Counted from the first letter of the stretch, positions 38,946 to 50,799 are shown. The stretch: DNA of 64,000 nucleotides from Camelus dromedarius (GCF_036321535.1 NC_087447.1:49540001-49604000); one strand, 5' to 3'. A program made the numbers and translations. Notes: generated from the sequence alone by a model not told the origin.

Positions 38946-41900
38946 CCCTGCTTCCTATTTAAAAATCAAACTCTTCAGATCTTCCAGATCCTGCTCATTT
39001 CTGCATGTTAACAGATGAGGAAACAGAGGCACACAGAGATGCAGTGACTTTCCAAGGTCACTGGCTGAGCGGTGGGGCCCAGACTTTTTGCCTCTTGGGC
39101 TGGGTTCTTCCCCCTTTGCCAGGCTGCTGTCCTTGGCCTGTGCCTCCTCCTCAGAGTCTCCACTCTAGCCCTTTGCTATCCTCATGTGAACGTGCAAGGC
39201 CAGGTGTGAGTGGAACTGACAGGACAGTGCTCAGAGGACAGAGCACGAATTGTCAGAGGTGGTTTCTTAAGATTAGGTAGGATCTGGCCAGGTGATAAGA
39301 GGTGAGCAGGGAGTGTGGAGCGGAGATCCTAACGTCATGTAAAGTTCTCAAAGTGCTCTCCAATTTGTTGTTTCATCTGTACTTCTCATCATTCTCCAGA
39401 TTATCATTTTTATTTTGCAGAGCGGGGGCTAGACTGTGGGTACATAGCTAAAACATAGCAGAACTGGGCCAGGATCCCAGGTCTCCTGACCCCTACCCAA
39501 GCCAGGGCTTCTTGTGTCCCATAGCACTGGGGCACTGCACTGGGCTGAAGCAGATTAGGGCTGGGGAGGAGTAGGGTTGGTCAGAGTCGAGGGACCCTTT
39601 TCTGAGTGTCAGGGATACTAAGACAGGGAGGGCAGTCCTGCAGCTGATCTGGGCATCACTCTTGTTACAGCTGTCAGTGTCACCTGGGCGACAGGGTGGG
39701 TGGAGAGGCAACAGGGGAAGAGAAAAGGCAAGGTGGTATTTAACAGCCATCCAACCACCCCTCCAGCATTCCAGGCCTGGCTCTGCAGGCAGCTGGAGCC
39801 ATTTCCATAGCTGCCAGAGGAGGCCTGGGAGAGGGAGGCTGGCAGAAGGGAGCTCCCAGTTCACCCAAAATAAAATGTGCTTCATACCGCCCAAACCTGA
39901 GCCTTCTTAAATGTATCCTTCCTCGCACTGACCCTAAGAAGGCAGAGAGTCTCAGCTCAGGAGTACCAAGAACCTGCACTTGCAAACTGGCTTGCCTGAT
40001 GCAAGGTATTGAAGGCAACAAAGGGGCTTGGACTTTCTCCACGGGCCACTGGGAGCCACGGAAGGGTTTGGAGCTGGTGCCATGGATAGAGCCCTGGGCC
40101 GGGGACAGGAGCCCTGTCCTGTGTTCTGCACCTGGCTCATTCCATTCCCCAGTGGGAACTACAGCCTTGCTTTGTCGGTCTGGGGCACTCCACAGTGGTA
40201 GACGCTCAAGAAACACCTGCAGGTTTCAGGGTGAAGGCAGGGGAACATCAACTAGCAGGGAGTGGGGAGGCAAGGAGAAGTAACACCTTTTCATTTTACA
40301 AGTGGAAACTGAAACCCAGAGAGGGGAAGTGACTTCCCCGAGGTTTCACAGCTAATAAGGGGTAAAGAGTGTGGAATTCTGACTTTTGGGCTGTGCCCTT
40401 GCCCCTTGCCTCTTGAGTTGAGTCTGTACCTGTGTACAGGTACCCATGAGGCATCTGTGCCATGTGTGGTGTATTTGTGTTGCTAGCGAGTTATGCAAAT
40501 GTGTGTATGTGGATTGCATGAAGGAGCTGCAGTGGGTGGGTAGACACGTGTGTGTTGGCAGTGTCATGTGTCAAGGGGCGTGTGTCTCCTGGGTGCTGTG
40601 TCTGGAGTGGCCTCAGCACCAGGAGGACTGCAGGAGGTTGGGGGTGGGGCCTGCTCTGGGAGGAGGAGGGAGGAAACATGTGTCTGCCCACCCCCCACCG
40701 GCCTCCCACCCTCCAGCGTGGCAGCTCACAGGACAGCCCTTCCGTCAGAAGGCCCCACACTCCATGAGAGAATCAGAGATTGCCAAAATCGCGTTTCCCT
40801 GACTCATGCTTGGGGCTGCGAGCACATTCTTGGCTCTTGGACAGCATCTCAAAGGAGCACTGCCAGTGGCGGCCCTGGCTTCCCAGGGAGAGGGCTCACC
40901 ATGGGCTGGTTATTGGAGCCTTTTTTGGCCACATTTTTATCCCGTGTAAAAAGAAGAGAGGGAAGACACCGCCTTCCAATTAACAACCTATAATTAAAAG
41001 TGAGATATCGTTTAGGGTGACTGGCATAGGGCCTGACCACAGCAAAGTGCCCCATGAATGTCACTTCCTTGTCCTCTCCCTGCCCCTCCTCTCCATCTTC
41101 CCATGGACAAAGGTTCAAATCCCAGTTTTGACTGCAACTTGCTGTCTGGCCTCGAACATGCCACTTAGCCTCCTTGAACCTTGGTTTCCTCGTGTTTAAA
41201 ATGGAACCATTTACCTAAGAGTATTAAATATGATAATATAAATGTGCTGGGCACTTAAATAACATGTTACTTTTTGTCTTAGGATTCTGTAGGGTGAGGA
41301 CTGCCTCAATCTAGTCATTGGGGCTAAAGAGAGCCGTTTCTGCAGTACCTGCAGAACTGGGCCTGCCTACATACCTGGGTCAGTAAGAAGACATGTGGGA
41401 GAAAGATGGCTGGGGTCCAGAGCGTGGGCTCTGGCCCAACTCTACCACTGAATTGCTGTGTGACCTTGGGCAAATCCCTGCTCCTCTCTGGGCCTATTGT
41501 CCTCTCAGTATAGTGTGGATGCAGTTGGATTCCACGGTTTTTTATTTCCTGCTGCCCATACCTTTTGGGACCTAGAGGATTTCTAGCTGAGCCCCTCTGG
41601 GAGGAGGGGGTGGGGGTGGGCAGGCACTGGAGGAATCCAGATCTGAAATGCTGGAGAATTTGTCTGCATTTCACACTCTTTCTTCCCTCCCAAGAGAGTG
41701 CTTTTTCCAGAAAGTGCAGCCTCGGAGTGTGGGGGAAGGGTTGCAGTCTGCAGGGCCTGGGCTGGGCTCTGAGCTAAGAATAATGTGGCAAAGGCTCTTG
41801 AAACTTTTTTGCTGATCTTGGAAATTTAAAGGAGCCGTTGCCTTTCTTTCTTCAGGGAGGTTGCAGGGAGGAAGTGCTTGGAGTCCAGCAGACTCAGGCA

Positions 41901-44386
41901 GCCACTTCCCATCCCTCACTCACTGGCCATCCCTCACTCACACTGTGTGCTGGGTACCAAGGACTCAGAGGGAGAAGAAATCTCTGCTTGTCTAAAATCT
42001 CCAATGACATTCAGTGACAATACAGTGTGATGACACAGAGATAATCAGCAGGATCCCATAGAGGAGGCTTCTGACTCAGTCTGAGCTACAGAAGCAGTCT
42101 GGCCAGGCTGGTAGAGGGTCTCCAGACCCAGCCCCCTCCCTAGGCCTCAGCTTCCCCTTCTGTAAATGGAGGGCATTGGTCCTTTCTACTCTGACCTTCC
42201 AGGATGGGTTTATCTAACATTGCAAGCATAAGCCTCAGTTTACCCTTCCCCTCAGGGCAGTTACTGAGAGTCATAGCTCTCAGCTTCCCCCTAAAGTTCT
42301 GGTGAGGCCTCAGAGAGCTAAGAGATGGAAGAGTGTGGAATAAAGGAAATTTCTGTGGGATTTTGACTACTGGACCTGCTAGAAATCAAGGCGAACCTCT
42401 CCTTCATTCCACCAGCTCTGATGGCCCCTTAGCTCACTGGCCAATTACCAACCGACCACCAAGATAGAGGTGAGGGGTGGGGTCAAGGGTGGGGTCTGGC
42501 CTGGGACTCAGGTGGTTTCCTCTAATAGCAAGGACTTATCCTTAAAAGCAATACACAGTTGAGACAAGGGGACGTCCATGAAAACCATGACAGCCATGCA
42601 AAAGAGATGGACGCTGCCCTGAGGCTTTTGAGAGATTTTGTCGATGACTGGACCATTTCTAAGAAAAGATACTGGGCTGCCTCCGAGGGAGGTGAGCTCC
42701 CTGTTCCCGGAGGTGCCTGGGTACTTGCTTTTTTGGAATACTGCAGAGAGGACTTCTGCCTGGGGAGGCAGACAGGAATCCATGACCTCTGAGATGCCTT
42801 GCAGCCTGAAGTCCTCAATACTTTAATTCCAAGATTCTTTGACTGAGATTTAACATTCAGAGATTCCTTACATGGATTCAAGGATTCCATGGGGCTTTGA
42901 GTAAGACATATTCTATGATGATCATCTTAGGATTTAAATAACCTCTGATTCTTTGACCCTGATTCAAAGAGTCTAAAGCTCTTGGGATCTAAGATTTCCT
43001 ACAGCCCTTGTAATCAGCCTTCGAAAATCAGTAGTCTAACCCAGACTGAGAAGTTAGTCACCACTGCCAGGTGGGAATGGCCAGAAAGGGCCCTCCCCTT
43101 ACCTTTGCTACCAGGGACCCAGATGACTCATCTACTGGGTGTTGGCCTTCATTTGCTCCCCAAGATCCAGAGATGCACCTGGAATAAAGAAGATACTCAG
43201 CATAGCTTGTTGACTGACTGAATGAACAAATGAGTGAAATGTCTCTCTATTCTATCCCCTCATCTCTATACTGGGCCCATCTGCTATCTATCATTTCACT
43301 ACTGAAGAAGATTTGGGGGAGCAAGGAGGGTATCACAAATAATCTTCTGCCCTCTTGTTTTCCCTACTAACATGCACCTACGCCCATTAGAATGTACATC
43401 CTGAGGGCAGGGACTTTGTCCTCTTCTCAGCCATGTCTTCAGCACCTAGAACAGAAGTGAATACCCTAGCTTAGCTCAGAGCTCAAGCAGCTATCAGTTG
43501 TGCGAGGGTGGGATGAGAGGAGCTGATAGTGAGACCTGGACCTGAGGGAGGGGACCTAGACAGGGAGGGGGCAGGGATAACCAAAGACAGACAGACAGAG
43601 AGGGGAAGGAAGCAAAGAATGACATTTCACAAAGGAACTGAGGCCCAGAAAGGAAAGTAACTTGTTTAGGGTCACACAGCATATTACTTAGTGGACAGCC
43701 AAGGTTTTCCTTCCTGTGCAACCCTCTAGGCCCAGCCAGACCAACTGATGTTCCCTCGGTCTCTCCAAGACGTTCCTGGGTGAGAGTCAGGTACTAGGAC
43801 TGGTCCAACCCCTCTCCCTGTCAGGGTAGTCACTGAGGTTGAGCGCCAAGGTGTTTGGGATAAACTGAGGATGGAGAAGGGTGCTGCCTCCCAACCTCTG
43901 ACCACTTTCCCTGAGACAAGGAGGCGGGCCCTGATTGAGGAGGGTGTATGGGGGACCCAGTTAAGTTTCAGCTTGAAAATGGAGGATTGGATGCACTTGG
44001 GGAAAGGGGTGCTGGGAGGAATGGATGTGTGATCAGGGGTAACATGGTTTATGCAAAGAGCCTTGGGGTGTGAGTGGGCTCCTCTCTGGAGAGCTGGACC
44101 ATTGGAGCCTCCTGTGTTCTCCAGCTCAGCAGTTCAAACTCCCACAAGGGTGCGGAGCCTCAGCTGAGTCGAAGGACGCCCGCGCGCTCTGCAGTCGCGG
44201 GGTTCCCAGGCACCCAGCTTCAAGGCTGGGGCTCCCAGGGCGCAGCCACCCCGTCCGATGAGGGGGGCAGTAGGACCCAGGGGCCAGATCGTCCGCAGAG
44301 GGAGGGGGCGGGAGCCAGGGCGGTTTAGGGGAGGTCTTTGGCTTTTTTTTTTTTTTTTTTTTTTTGGCGGAGCCGGGGCGCCCTCC

Positions 44387-44456
44387 GGAAGCTTTTCCAA
44401 CTTTCCAGAAGTTTCTCGGGACGGGCGGGAGGTGGGGTAGGGGGACGCCATATATA
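44387..44456 (+). promoter_or_regulatory. SERPINH1: SERPINH1 core promoter: heat shock element, GC box and TATA box
   Basis: Perfect three-unit HSE tTTCc-aGAAg-tTTCt at 44402-44416, GGGCGG at 44423-44428, TATATA at 44451-44456. HSP47 is an established HSF1 target. Confidence 0.92.
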
Positions 44457-44480
44457 GATCTGGAGATCGGGGGCGCGGCG

Positions 44481-44549
44481 AAGAGGGGAATCCGTTCTCG
44501 GCTCGACTGAGACTCTGTCTGCGGTGCCCGCGCCAGCCCAGCCCGCCAG
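44481..44549 (+). other. SERPINH1: SERPINH1 non-coding exon 1 (start approximate)
   Basis: Begins about 25-30 nt downstream of TATATA (44451-44456) inside a CpG island and ends at donor CAG|GTGAGG (44549/44550). The TSS is inferred, not observed. Confidence 0.8.
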
Positions 44550-46819
44550 GTGAGGGGCGGGGGGCCGGCCCGGTGGGGCGGGAGCGGCCAGGGGAGCGGC
44601 AGCAGCTTTGGGGGTGCTCAAAGGAATAAGGGCGGCGAGCGGCCGCCGGGAGGGTTTAGGGTCCAAACTAAAGCCCTTAAACTGGAGTCCCTGGCACTTC
44701 GGTGGCTGCTGGAAGGTTCAGGATCGAGAACCCGGGGTCAGATGGTGATGGCAGAACGAGCCTGAGGGGTAAGGCAAAGATCAGAGCCGGGACGGGGAAT
44801 TGAGGGACTCAGAGGACCCGGAAAGAGTGCAGGGTTCCCTAGAAGTCGAGGGCAGGGGTGGTGATGGCAGAGAGGGAACAGTGGGGCTGGGGGCCAGGAT
44901 GCTGGGTTCATCCATCTGCAGAATGAAGGAGGGAGGAGATGGGGTCTGGAGTCCCCTCCAGCAGGGACAGGGAGGCCAGGCCAGCTCTGCAGTTCAGGGT
45001 GTTTCCAGTTGTGGGGTTGAGGCCTAGGTGCCAGTGGACCAATCTCCTCACAGGCCTGTTGGGGGGGCATCTGAGCCTCCTGAGGTAGGGTGGTAGTAAA
45101 GGAGGTGAAATAGTCTTGACTTTTCCTGGGGGGCCAGTTTTGGCTTTTGGGGTCCCCATGGTTGGGAGGCATCACCCATGGCGGCTCCATTTCTGATCAG
45201 CAGCCTGCATGTGTAGGTCATGGCAGCTAAAGGTGGACTTGGCCAGTACCAGTGTCCCCCATCTCCCTCCAAAAAGGGAGTGAGGAGTCAGCCAGGTCTG
45301 CATACCACCACAGAAGGGAGGATGGAGAGCTGCCTAGAAAGCTTTGCGTCACCCACTCTAATTCTGTCCACTGCCACCTGGTTCCTGGAGTAACTGCAGG
45401 GTTAAGGCTACTTCCAGAGGCCGGGGTTCCCTGCCCCCCAGCTTAGGGACATTCCTGAGGCGGCTGGAGTGGAGGGAGAAGAATGAAACTGCTTCCAGCA
45501 CTGCCAGAAGGCCTGGCCCCTCCTCTTCCTGGGTTTCCGGCTGGTCCCTCTGGTCTACAGGGCCCGAATGGAGGCCAGAGGAGTATCGGGTGCCTTTGGT
45601 TCCCTGGAAGTCTACGGCTGGGACCACACCCTCCTGTCCTCAGATGGTTCATCTGCCCATCCCCCTTTCCTGAGGGCTCCTGGTTTTCTCCTTTTGTCTC
45701 TGGTCACCGGGATTCCCAGCAGAAATGTTTTTTTACTGGCTGTGTAACAAGACACCACCTCCAGCCCTTAGGAGGGGCTCTGTGGGAGCTTCTGGGAGGA
45801 AGGAGCCCTGTGGTAGGAGGCCTGAGGCCCACTGATCCCTGCGGGACCAGGGATGGCTCTCTGTACCTCTCTGGCCTCATTTCTCCCACTGTACAGTGAA
45901 GTGGATTACCTCCAAGTTATGCCTTCCTTCTGCCAGGGGCAGTGCAGACTGGGGTCCCATACGGGGGCTGGGCCTTCCCAGGCCCCTCCTCACTACCAGC
46001 CCAGCTCTGCCCTATCCCATCCTCCTCACTCTTCTGTTTTCTTTCAGAATGAAAAAGGCAGGCACTGACCTCCTCCTGAGGCAGTTTCAAGGTACTTTAG
46101 ATCTCCTCAAGGGTTTGAGACCCTCTCTGGTGGCCCTCCTAGCATCTGCTTCCCTTCTCTTTTACAAAAATCTGGAATCCAGTCTCGACTCAGTCTGGCT
46201 AGCTGTTGGGCATAGCCCTTGGTTCTGTGATTGTGTATTTTTCTTTGTGGGACTATAAATCATCTAACCTTGGCCTAAGGGCTGGAATTTCTCTAACACA
46301 GGCTGGGCTGTGGGAGGCTGGCTTGCTTGCAATGACTTGCCTTCCTCCGTTCCTGCTGCTGGGTTTTAACAGGGCAGCCCTCTTCCAGAGCTGTGCATCT
46401 CCCTGCAGAGACCAATGTTGTGAGCTGGAGCTAGGGCCAGGGAGGCTCCATGGCACCCCCTGGGACCTGAACTCAGGCATCCTGCTTCCCGGGCTGGAAG
46501 CTCCCCTCTGCTGGCTAGTGGAGATAATTTGATTTCCAGCCTGCCACGTCACTCAGAGCTGGAGCAGGAATGCAGGAACAGGAGCGCAGCTGTGCGGTTG
46601 CCTGAGGAATCCCAAACTAGTCGTTTGGAGCTTTTGCACAAAGCCCCTCCCAGCCCTTTGAGGTTCTGGTTGCCTAGGGGTGGGGGCTGTCAAGCTAGTG
46701 CCTGCCACGTGGCTGGGCTGTGAGCTGGGCTCCTAGACTATCTCTCAAGGGGATGCTGGTGGCCTCTGCAGAGGTCTAAGCTCTGGCATCAGCTGTTTGG
46801 GCTTAAGGCCTTTGAATAG

Positions 46820-46916
46820 GAGGATCATATGCCTGTTGTCCTGGCATAATAATTAGTAGTGTCCCATTTTACTGCCTTAAGTGTCCTTGTTTGTACAATA
46901 ATTATATGGCCACTCT
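46820..46916 (+). mobile_element. MER94-like hAT-Blackjack MITE fragment in SERPINH1 intron 1
   Basis: ATGCCTGTTGTCCTGGCATAAT...AAGTGTCCTTGTTTG...AATTATATGGCCACTCT. Confidence 0.7.
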
Positions 46917-48663
46917 GCCTTTGAGGCTTCAGGTCTGGTAGGGAAGGAGCTAGGGCTGAGAGGAAGGCGGCCTGGGCCAAGATAACCCCTTCCCAATCCA
47001 TTCAAGGTAAAACTCTGTCTTACCTCCGCAACCTGTCCTCTAGGCTATGGATCGCTCTCATACCTTCCCCCAGGCAGTTGTGGGCTCAATGGCCTTCCCT
47101 CCCTCCCCTACCTTTCCCCATGTACCTTTTACTTCTCCTTTGCACTGCACCTCCAAGGAGGTGGCAGCCCAGGAAGGGGGGGCTTGCCGGGGCTCACAAG
47201 ATGGCTGCAGCAGTAGAGTCTTCTGAAGAGTGGTCAGTGCTCCCCAGGCAGGCTGAAGTCCTGAGGATTGTCCACTAGGGTTCTGAGTTCTCTGTCTTCT
47301 TAAGGACCACGAGATGGGATCTGCCAGAGCAGTGGGATCCCAGCTTCTACCACAGTTCCTTCCAACCCTTCTTTGTGCCCTGTCATCTGCCCTTCTGTCC
47401 TGCTGCATGAAAGTGGAGTGTGGAAATAAGTCCACGTGGAGACTGTTCTGATGGGAGGCCACAGAGAGGAGAGAAGCTTGTCCTAGGGGCCACTGCTACT
47501 GCTTTGGTTTGGGGAGGAGTCCTGAGGGCAACCCTGAAGCCACAGAGCATATGGCCTGTGTGGCGATGACTGTCATGTGGGAGGGCAGAATGGAATCTGA
47601 GTTGGCCCCAACTTCCTGGGAGACCGAACACACACCTGGCCACCAGCCTCTGGTGAAGGGGAGGGGTATCACTGTTCCTTTGAGCTGTGACTTACCCCCT
47701 CCCCCAGTATCCTTCCTTTCAGGAAACCTACCTCCCCCACATCCCAGTTTTTGTCCTGGGGATTTTACATCCGCTCCAGGGGCTGTGTGGGCAGATGGGC
47801 AGGCAAGTCTCTGCCAAGATAGAAGCCTCGGGCATGGAGACCTAGACCCTTCCAGCTTGGAAAAGGGAACTGAGGCTCAGAGAGGGTAGACACACACATG
47901 TGCACACATACAAACTCAAGGTCACCCTTAACCTTGGAGCAGCAGAGTAGAGCATCTGGGCTCTCCCATTTAATGAGTGAACCAACTGGTGACTCATTAA
48001 CATCCCAAGGCAGAAGGAAAGGCATGGGGGGAGGAGCAAGCCTATACCTCTGTCCGACATGACATCCTTTGTCTAGGTTCCTGAGTTTCATACAGACCCT
48101 CATCCCATCCAGCACTTTTTTTTCCACTGGAAAAGGTCCCCAGGGTTGCATGAGATCAGAGCTACTGTATACAAACTAAGGACCCTAGGTCTGGCCAAGT
48201 GGCCCTAGTTTCTGTTCATTCAGCAACAGCTGAGGCCTGTTGCGTGCTAGGTGCTGGGGATATAGAGGGAAATCATACTGGCTACGTTTCCTGTCCTTCT
48301 GGAGGTTACAGACTAGTTAGGGATGGAAATAGTATGTAATAAATGCTGAAGTCTAAATGTTGTAAGTTCAGTGCAGGAAATCAATAGGGCTGAGGTGGTG
48401 ACTTCCCCAGAACCCTGCTTTGGATAGGGAGTCAAAGAAGGCCTTTAAGAGAGTGGGCAGATGGAGACCTCCAATCTGGGCAACCCTGAGTTAGGTCTAG
48501 GCTCCCCAGAGCTCTGGGCGCCCTTGCTCCCTTCTCCAGGGGACATGCTGGCAGCCAGAAGGCTGGGGATGGTTGTTGGGGAAGGAACGACTAGGGTTTC
48601 AGGGCCGCCCTCTCTCTTCTGCCCTCACAGGTCTTCGTGGTGCTCACAACCGTCCTCCCAGTC

Positions 48664-49285
48664 ATGCGTGCCCTCCTGCTCATCAGCACCTGCTGCCTCC
48701 TGGCCACGGCCCTGGCCGCGGAGGTGAAGAAACCTGCGGCTGACGCAGCCTCTGGCACAGGGGAAAAGCTGAGCCCCAAGGCGGCCACACTGGCTGAGCG
48801 CAGCGCCGGCCTGGCTTTCAGCCTGTACCAGGCCATGGCCAAGGACCAGGCAGTGGAGAACATCCTGCTGTCGCCCGTGGTGGTGGCCTCATCGCTGGGG
48901 CTCGTGTCGCTGGGGGGCAAGGCAGCCACGGCGTCGCAGGCCAAGGCGGTGCTGAGCGCCGAGCAGCTGCGCGACGAGGAGGTGCACGCGGGCCTGGGCG
49001 AGCTGCTGCGCTCGCTCAGCAACAGCACGGCGCGCAACGTGACCTGGAAGCTGGGCAGCCGCCTGTATGGGCCCAGCTCGGTGAGCTTCGCCGAGGACTT
49101 CGTGCGCAGCAGCAAGCAGCACTACAACTGCGAGCACTCCAAGATCAACTTCCGCGACAAGCGCAGTGCCCTCCAGTCCATCAACGAGTGGGCAGCGCAG
49201 ACCACCGACGGCAAGCTGCCTGAGGTCACCAAGGACGTGGAGCGCACTGACGGCGCGCTGCTGGTCAACGCCATGTTCTTCAAGC
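48664..49285 (+). CDS. SERPINH1: SERPINH1/HSP47 coding exon 1 (gene exon 2; exon begins 48631, ATG 48664): signal peptide and serpin N-terminal half
   Basis: Translation [25 protein letters not shown]...[44 protein letters not shown]...[11 protein letters not shown] is recognisably HSP47. Acceptor ctcacag at 48630; donor C|GTGAGT at 49285/49286; 622 nt (phase 1). N-glycosylation sequons NST and NVT are present. Confidence 0.99.
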
Positions 49286-49756
49286 GTGAGTCCAGAGGGG
49301 TGGGGCGGGGCTGGGAGGGCCCTTCTCTCCCCGGAGCCCCGCCTCTGGCAAGTCAGATCAGTGTTCCCATGCCAAGCACCACGCTGCTGCTAACTCAGTC
49401 CTCACCTAACAACCTGTGGAGTAGGGGGAGGCCCTGTTAATGAACTCTTCTTACTTACGAGAGACTAGATTCAGAGAGGTGTAGTGTTGTATCTAAAGGA
49501 ATGGGTCAGAGATGCACTCTCAGCTGAAGGACTCCATATGATGTGCTGCTGCGGTGTTTCATTGCATCAAAGTGCTGTTGCTTGTCTTGGAATCAAATTC
49601 AGTAACTAATTCTGCCTCAGTAATGAGCTAGAGAAAGGCCTACCTGTGATCATGCCTAATACTCAAAGCAACTTTGGGGGCAGGTGGTATTCCCTTCATT
49701 TCACAGGTGAGGAAGCTCAGCTAGGAGGAGCAGAGTGCACACTCAGATCCAGGTGC

Positions 49757-49941
49757 TTTTTTTTTGAGTAAATATAGATTTATTTAAAGAGATACATACT
49801 ACATAGACTATAGGCTGTTCCAGAAGGCGAGAGAAGGGCCACGAGGTGTGGGGGTTGAGTGCTTAGGTTAAAATAAAAGTAGATATACACTCCATAGACA
49901 GAGTGTGGGCCATAGACAGAGGATAAGGGAGCGAGAGTGGC
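49757..49941 (-). mobile_element. Short polyadenylated retro-insertion (LTR R-region-like) in SERPINH1 intron 2
   Basis: T9 at 49757-49765, minus-strand AATAAA at 49779-49784, flanking direct repeat ccaggtgc at 49749-49756 and 49942-49949. Confidence 0.75.
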
Positions 49942-50588
49942 CCAGGTGCATCTTGAAGATTTGACTTGGGCTTAATGTGTATTTTTGAGTACCTGTATGG
50001 ATAGCACTGTTCCTCTCACAGTATGCTGTGAGAATGAGGTGACCCCTCTTTTACAAATGAAGGGACCAAGGTAGGAGGGGTGAAAGGTCTTGCAGCCAAT
50101 TGGTGGCTGAGTCCAAATTTGAACACAGGTCGGATGTGACATAGGGAAAGGCTCAGGTCATTGCACATATGCATGTTTTTTTGAGTCATTTTTTGGGGGG
50201 GACCACAAAGACAGGAGTTGCAGACAAGAATTAAGGGCAGTGTTGGGGCACAGACCTCAGATGGAATGGGAAGTCCAGCTCAACACATTGCCCAAATGCC
50301 TGACAGGTGTCAGGGCAGAGGTGGACATGGTGGTAGTCGAGCTGAAGATGGTCCTTCTGAAGGCATTCCCTATTGTGTGGAAACAGCCAGGCCCTGACTG
50401 TAGAGAGTTGTATGTCCTGGGGCAAGATGCCCACCCGCTAAAGCAGGGAAGATGTACTCTGTGGGCTGTGGGCTGAGCCCTGAAGACTGGAACAAAGTCC
50501 TGTAGCAGGGATAAATCAGGGTATGCAGTTTGGGGGAGCATTTTCAGGGGGCATCTATTCCTGACTTTGTGTTCTACCTCCCATACAG

Positions 50589-50687
50589 CACACTGGGATG
50601 AAAGATTCCACCACAAGATGGTGGACAATCGAGGCTTCATGGTGACCCGTTCCTATACCGTGGGTGTCACCATGATGCACCGGACAG
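50589..50687 (+). CDS. SERPINH1: SERPINH1 coding exon 2 (gene exon 3)
   Basis: catacag|CA CAC TGG...ACA G|gtaggt; 99 nt encoding (P)[32 protein letters not shown](G). The phase matches both neighbouring exons. Confidence 0.99.
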
Positions 50688-50799
50688 GTAGGTGCCTTGC
50701 AGAGCAGGTTGGGGGGCAAAGTGGAGGTCTGAGGGTGCCTGGGGCCTGGCCCACCCCCACCCCATGGCGTGCCCAGTGCCCTCTCTGCTCTCCTCTCAG

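Larger units (their letters stand above)
44150..44830. promoter_or_regulatory. CpG island over the SERPINH1 promoter, exon 1 and start of intron 1
   Basis: Visibly high CG dinucleotide density and several GGGCGG boxes relative to the CpG-depleted flanks. Boundaries are approximate. Confidence 0.85.

Noticed and set aside
41909..41941. Small direct repeat ccatccctcactcac x2 (and similar microduplications, e.g. 4191-4208)
   Set aside because: Ordinary slippage duplications. No repeat-spacer periodicity was seen anywhere in the window, so there is no CRISPR-like array.
48591..49137. Minus-strand ORFs (174 aa, 82 aa) over SERPINH1 exon 2
   Set aside because: These are shadow ORFs caused by GC-rich codon usage on the coding strand, with no independent promoter or domain.
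48637..49440. 267-aa ORF as a single-exon truncated serpin
   Set aside because: The true start is the ATG at 48664 (signal peptide). HSP47 similarity ends exactly at the donor at 49285, and the tail is intron read-through.
7470..50190. Scattered AP-1 motifs (TGAGTCA/TGACTCA)
   Set aside because: About eight are expected by chance in 64 kb, and no convincing clustering was seen.
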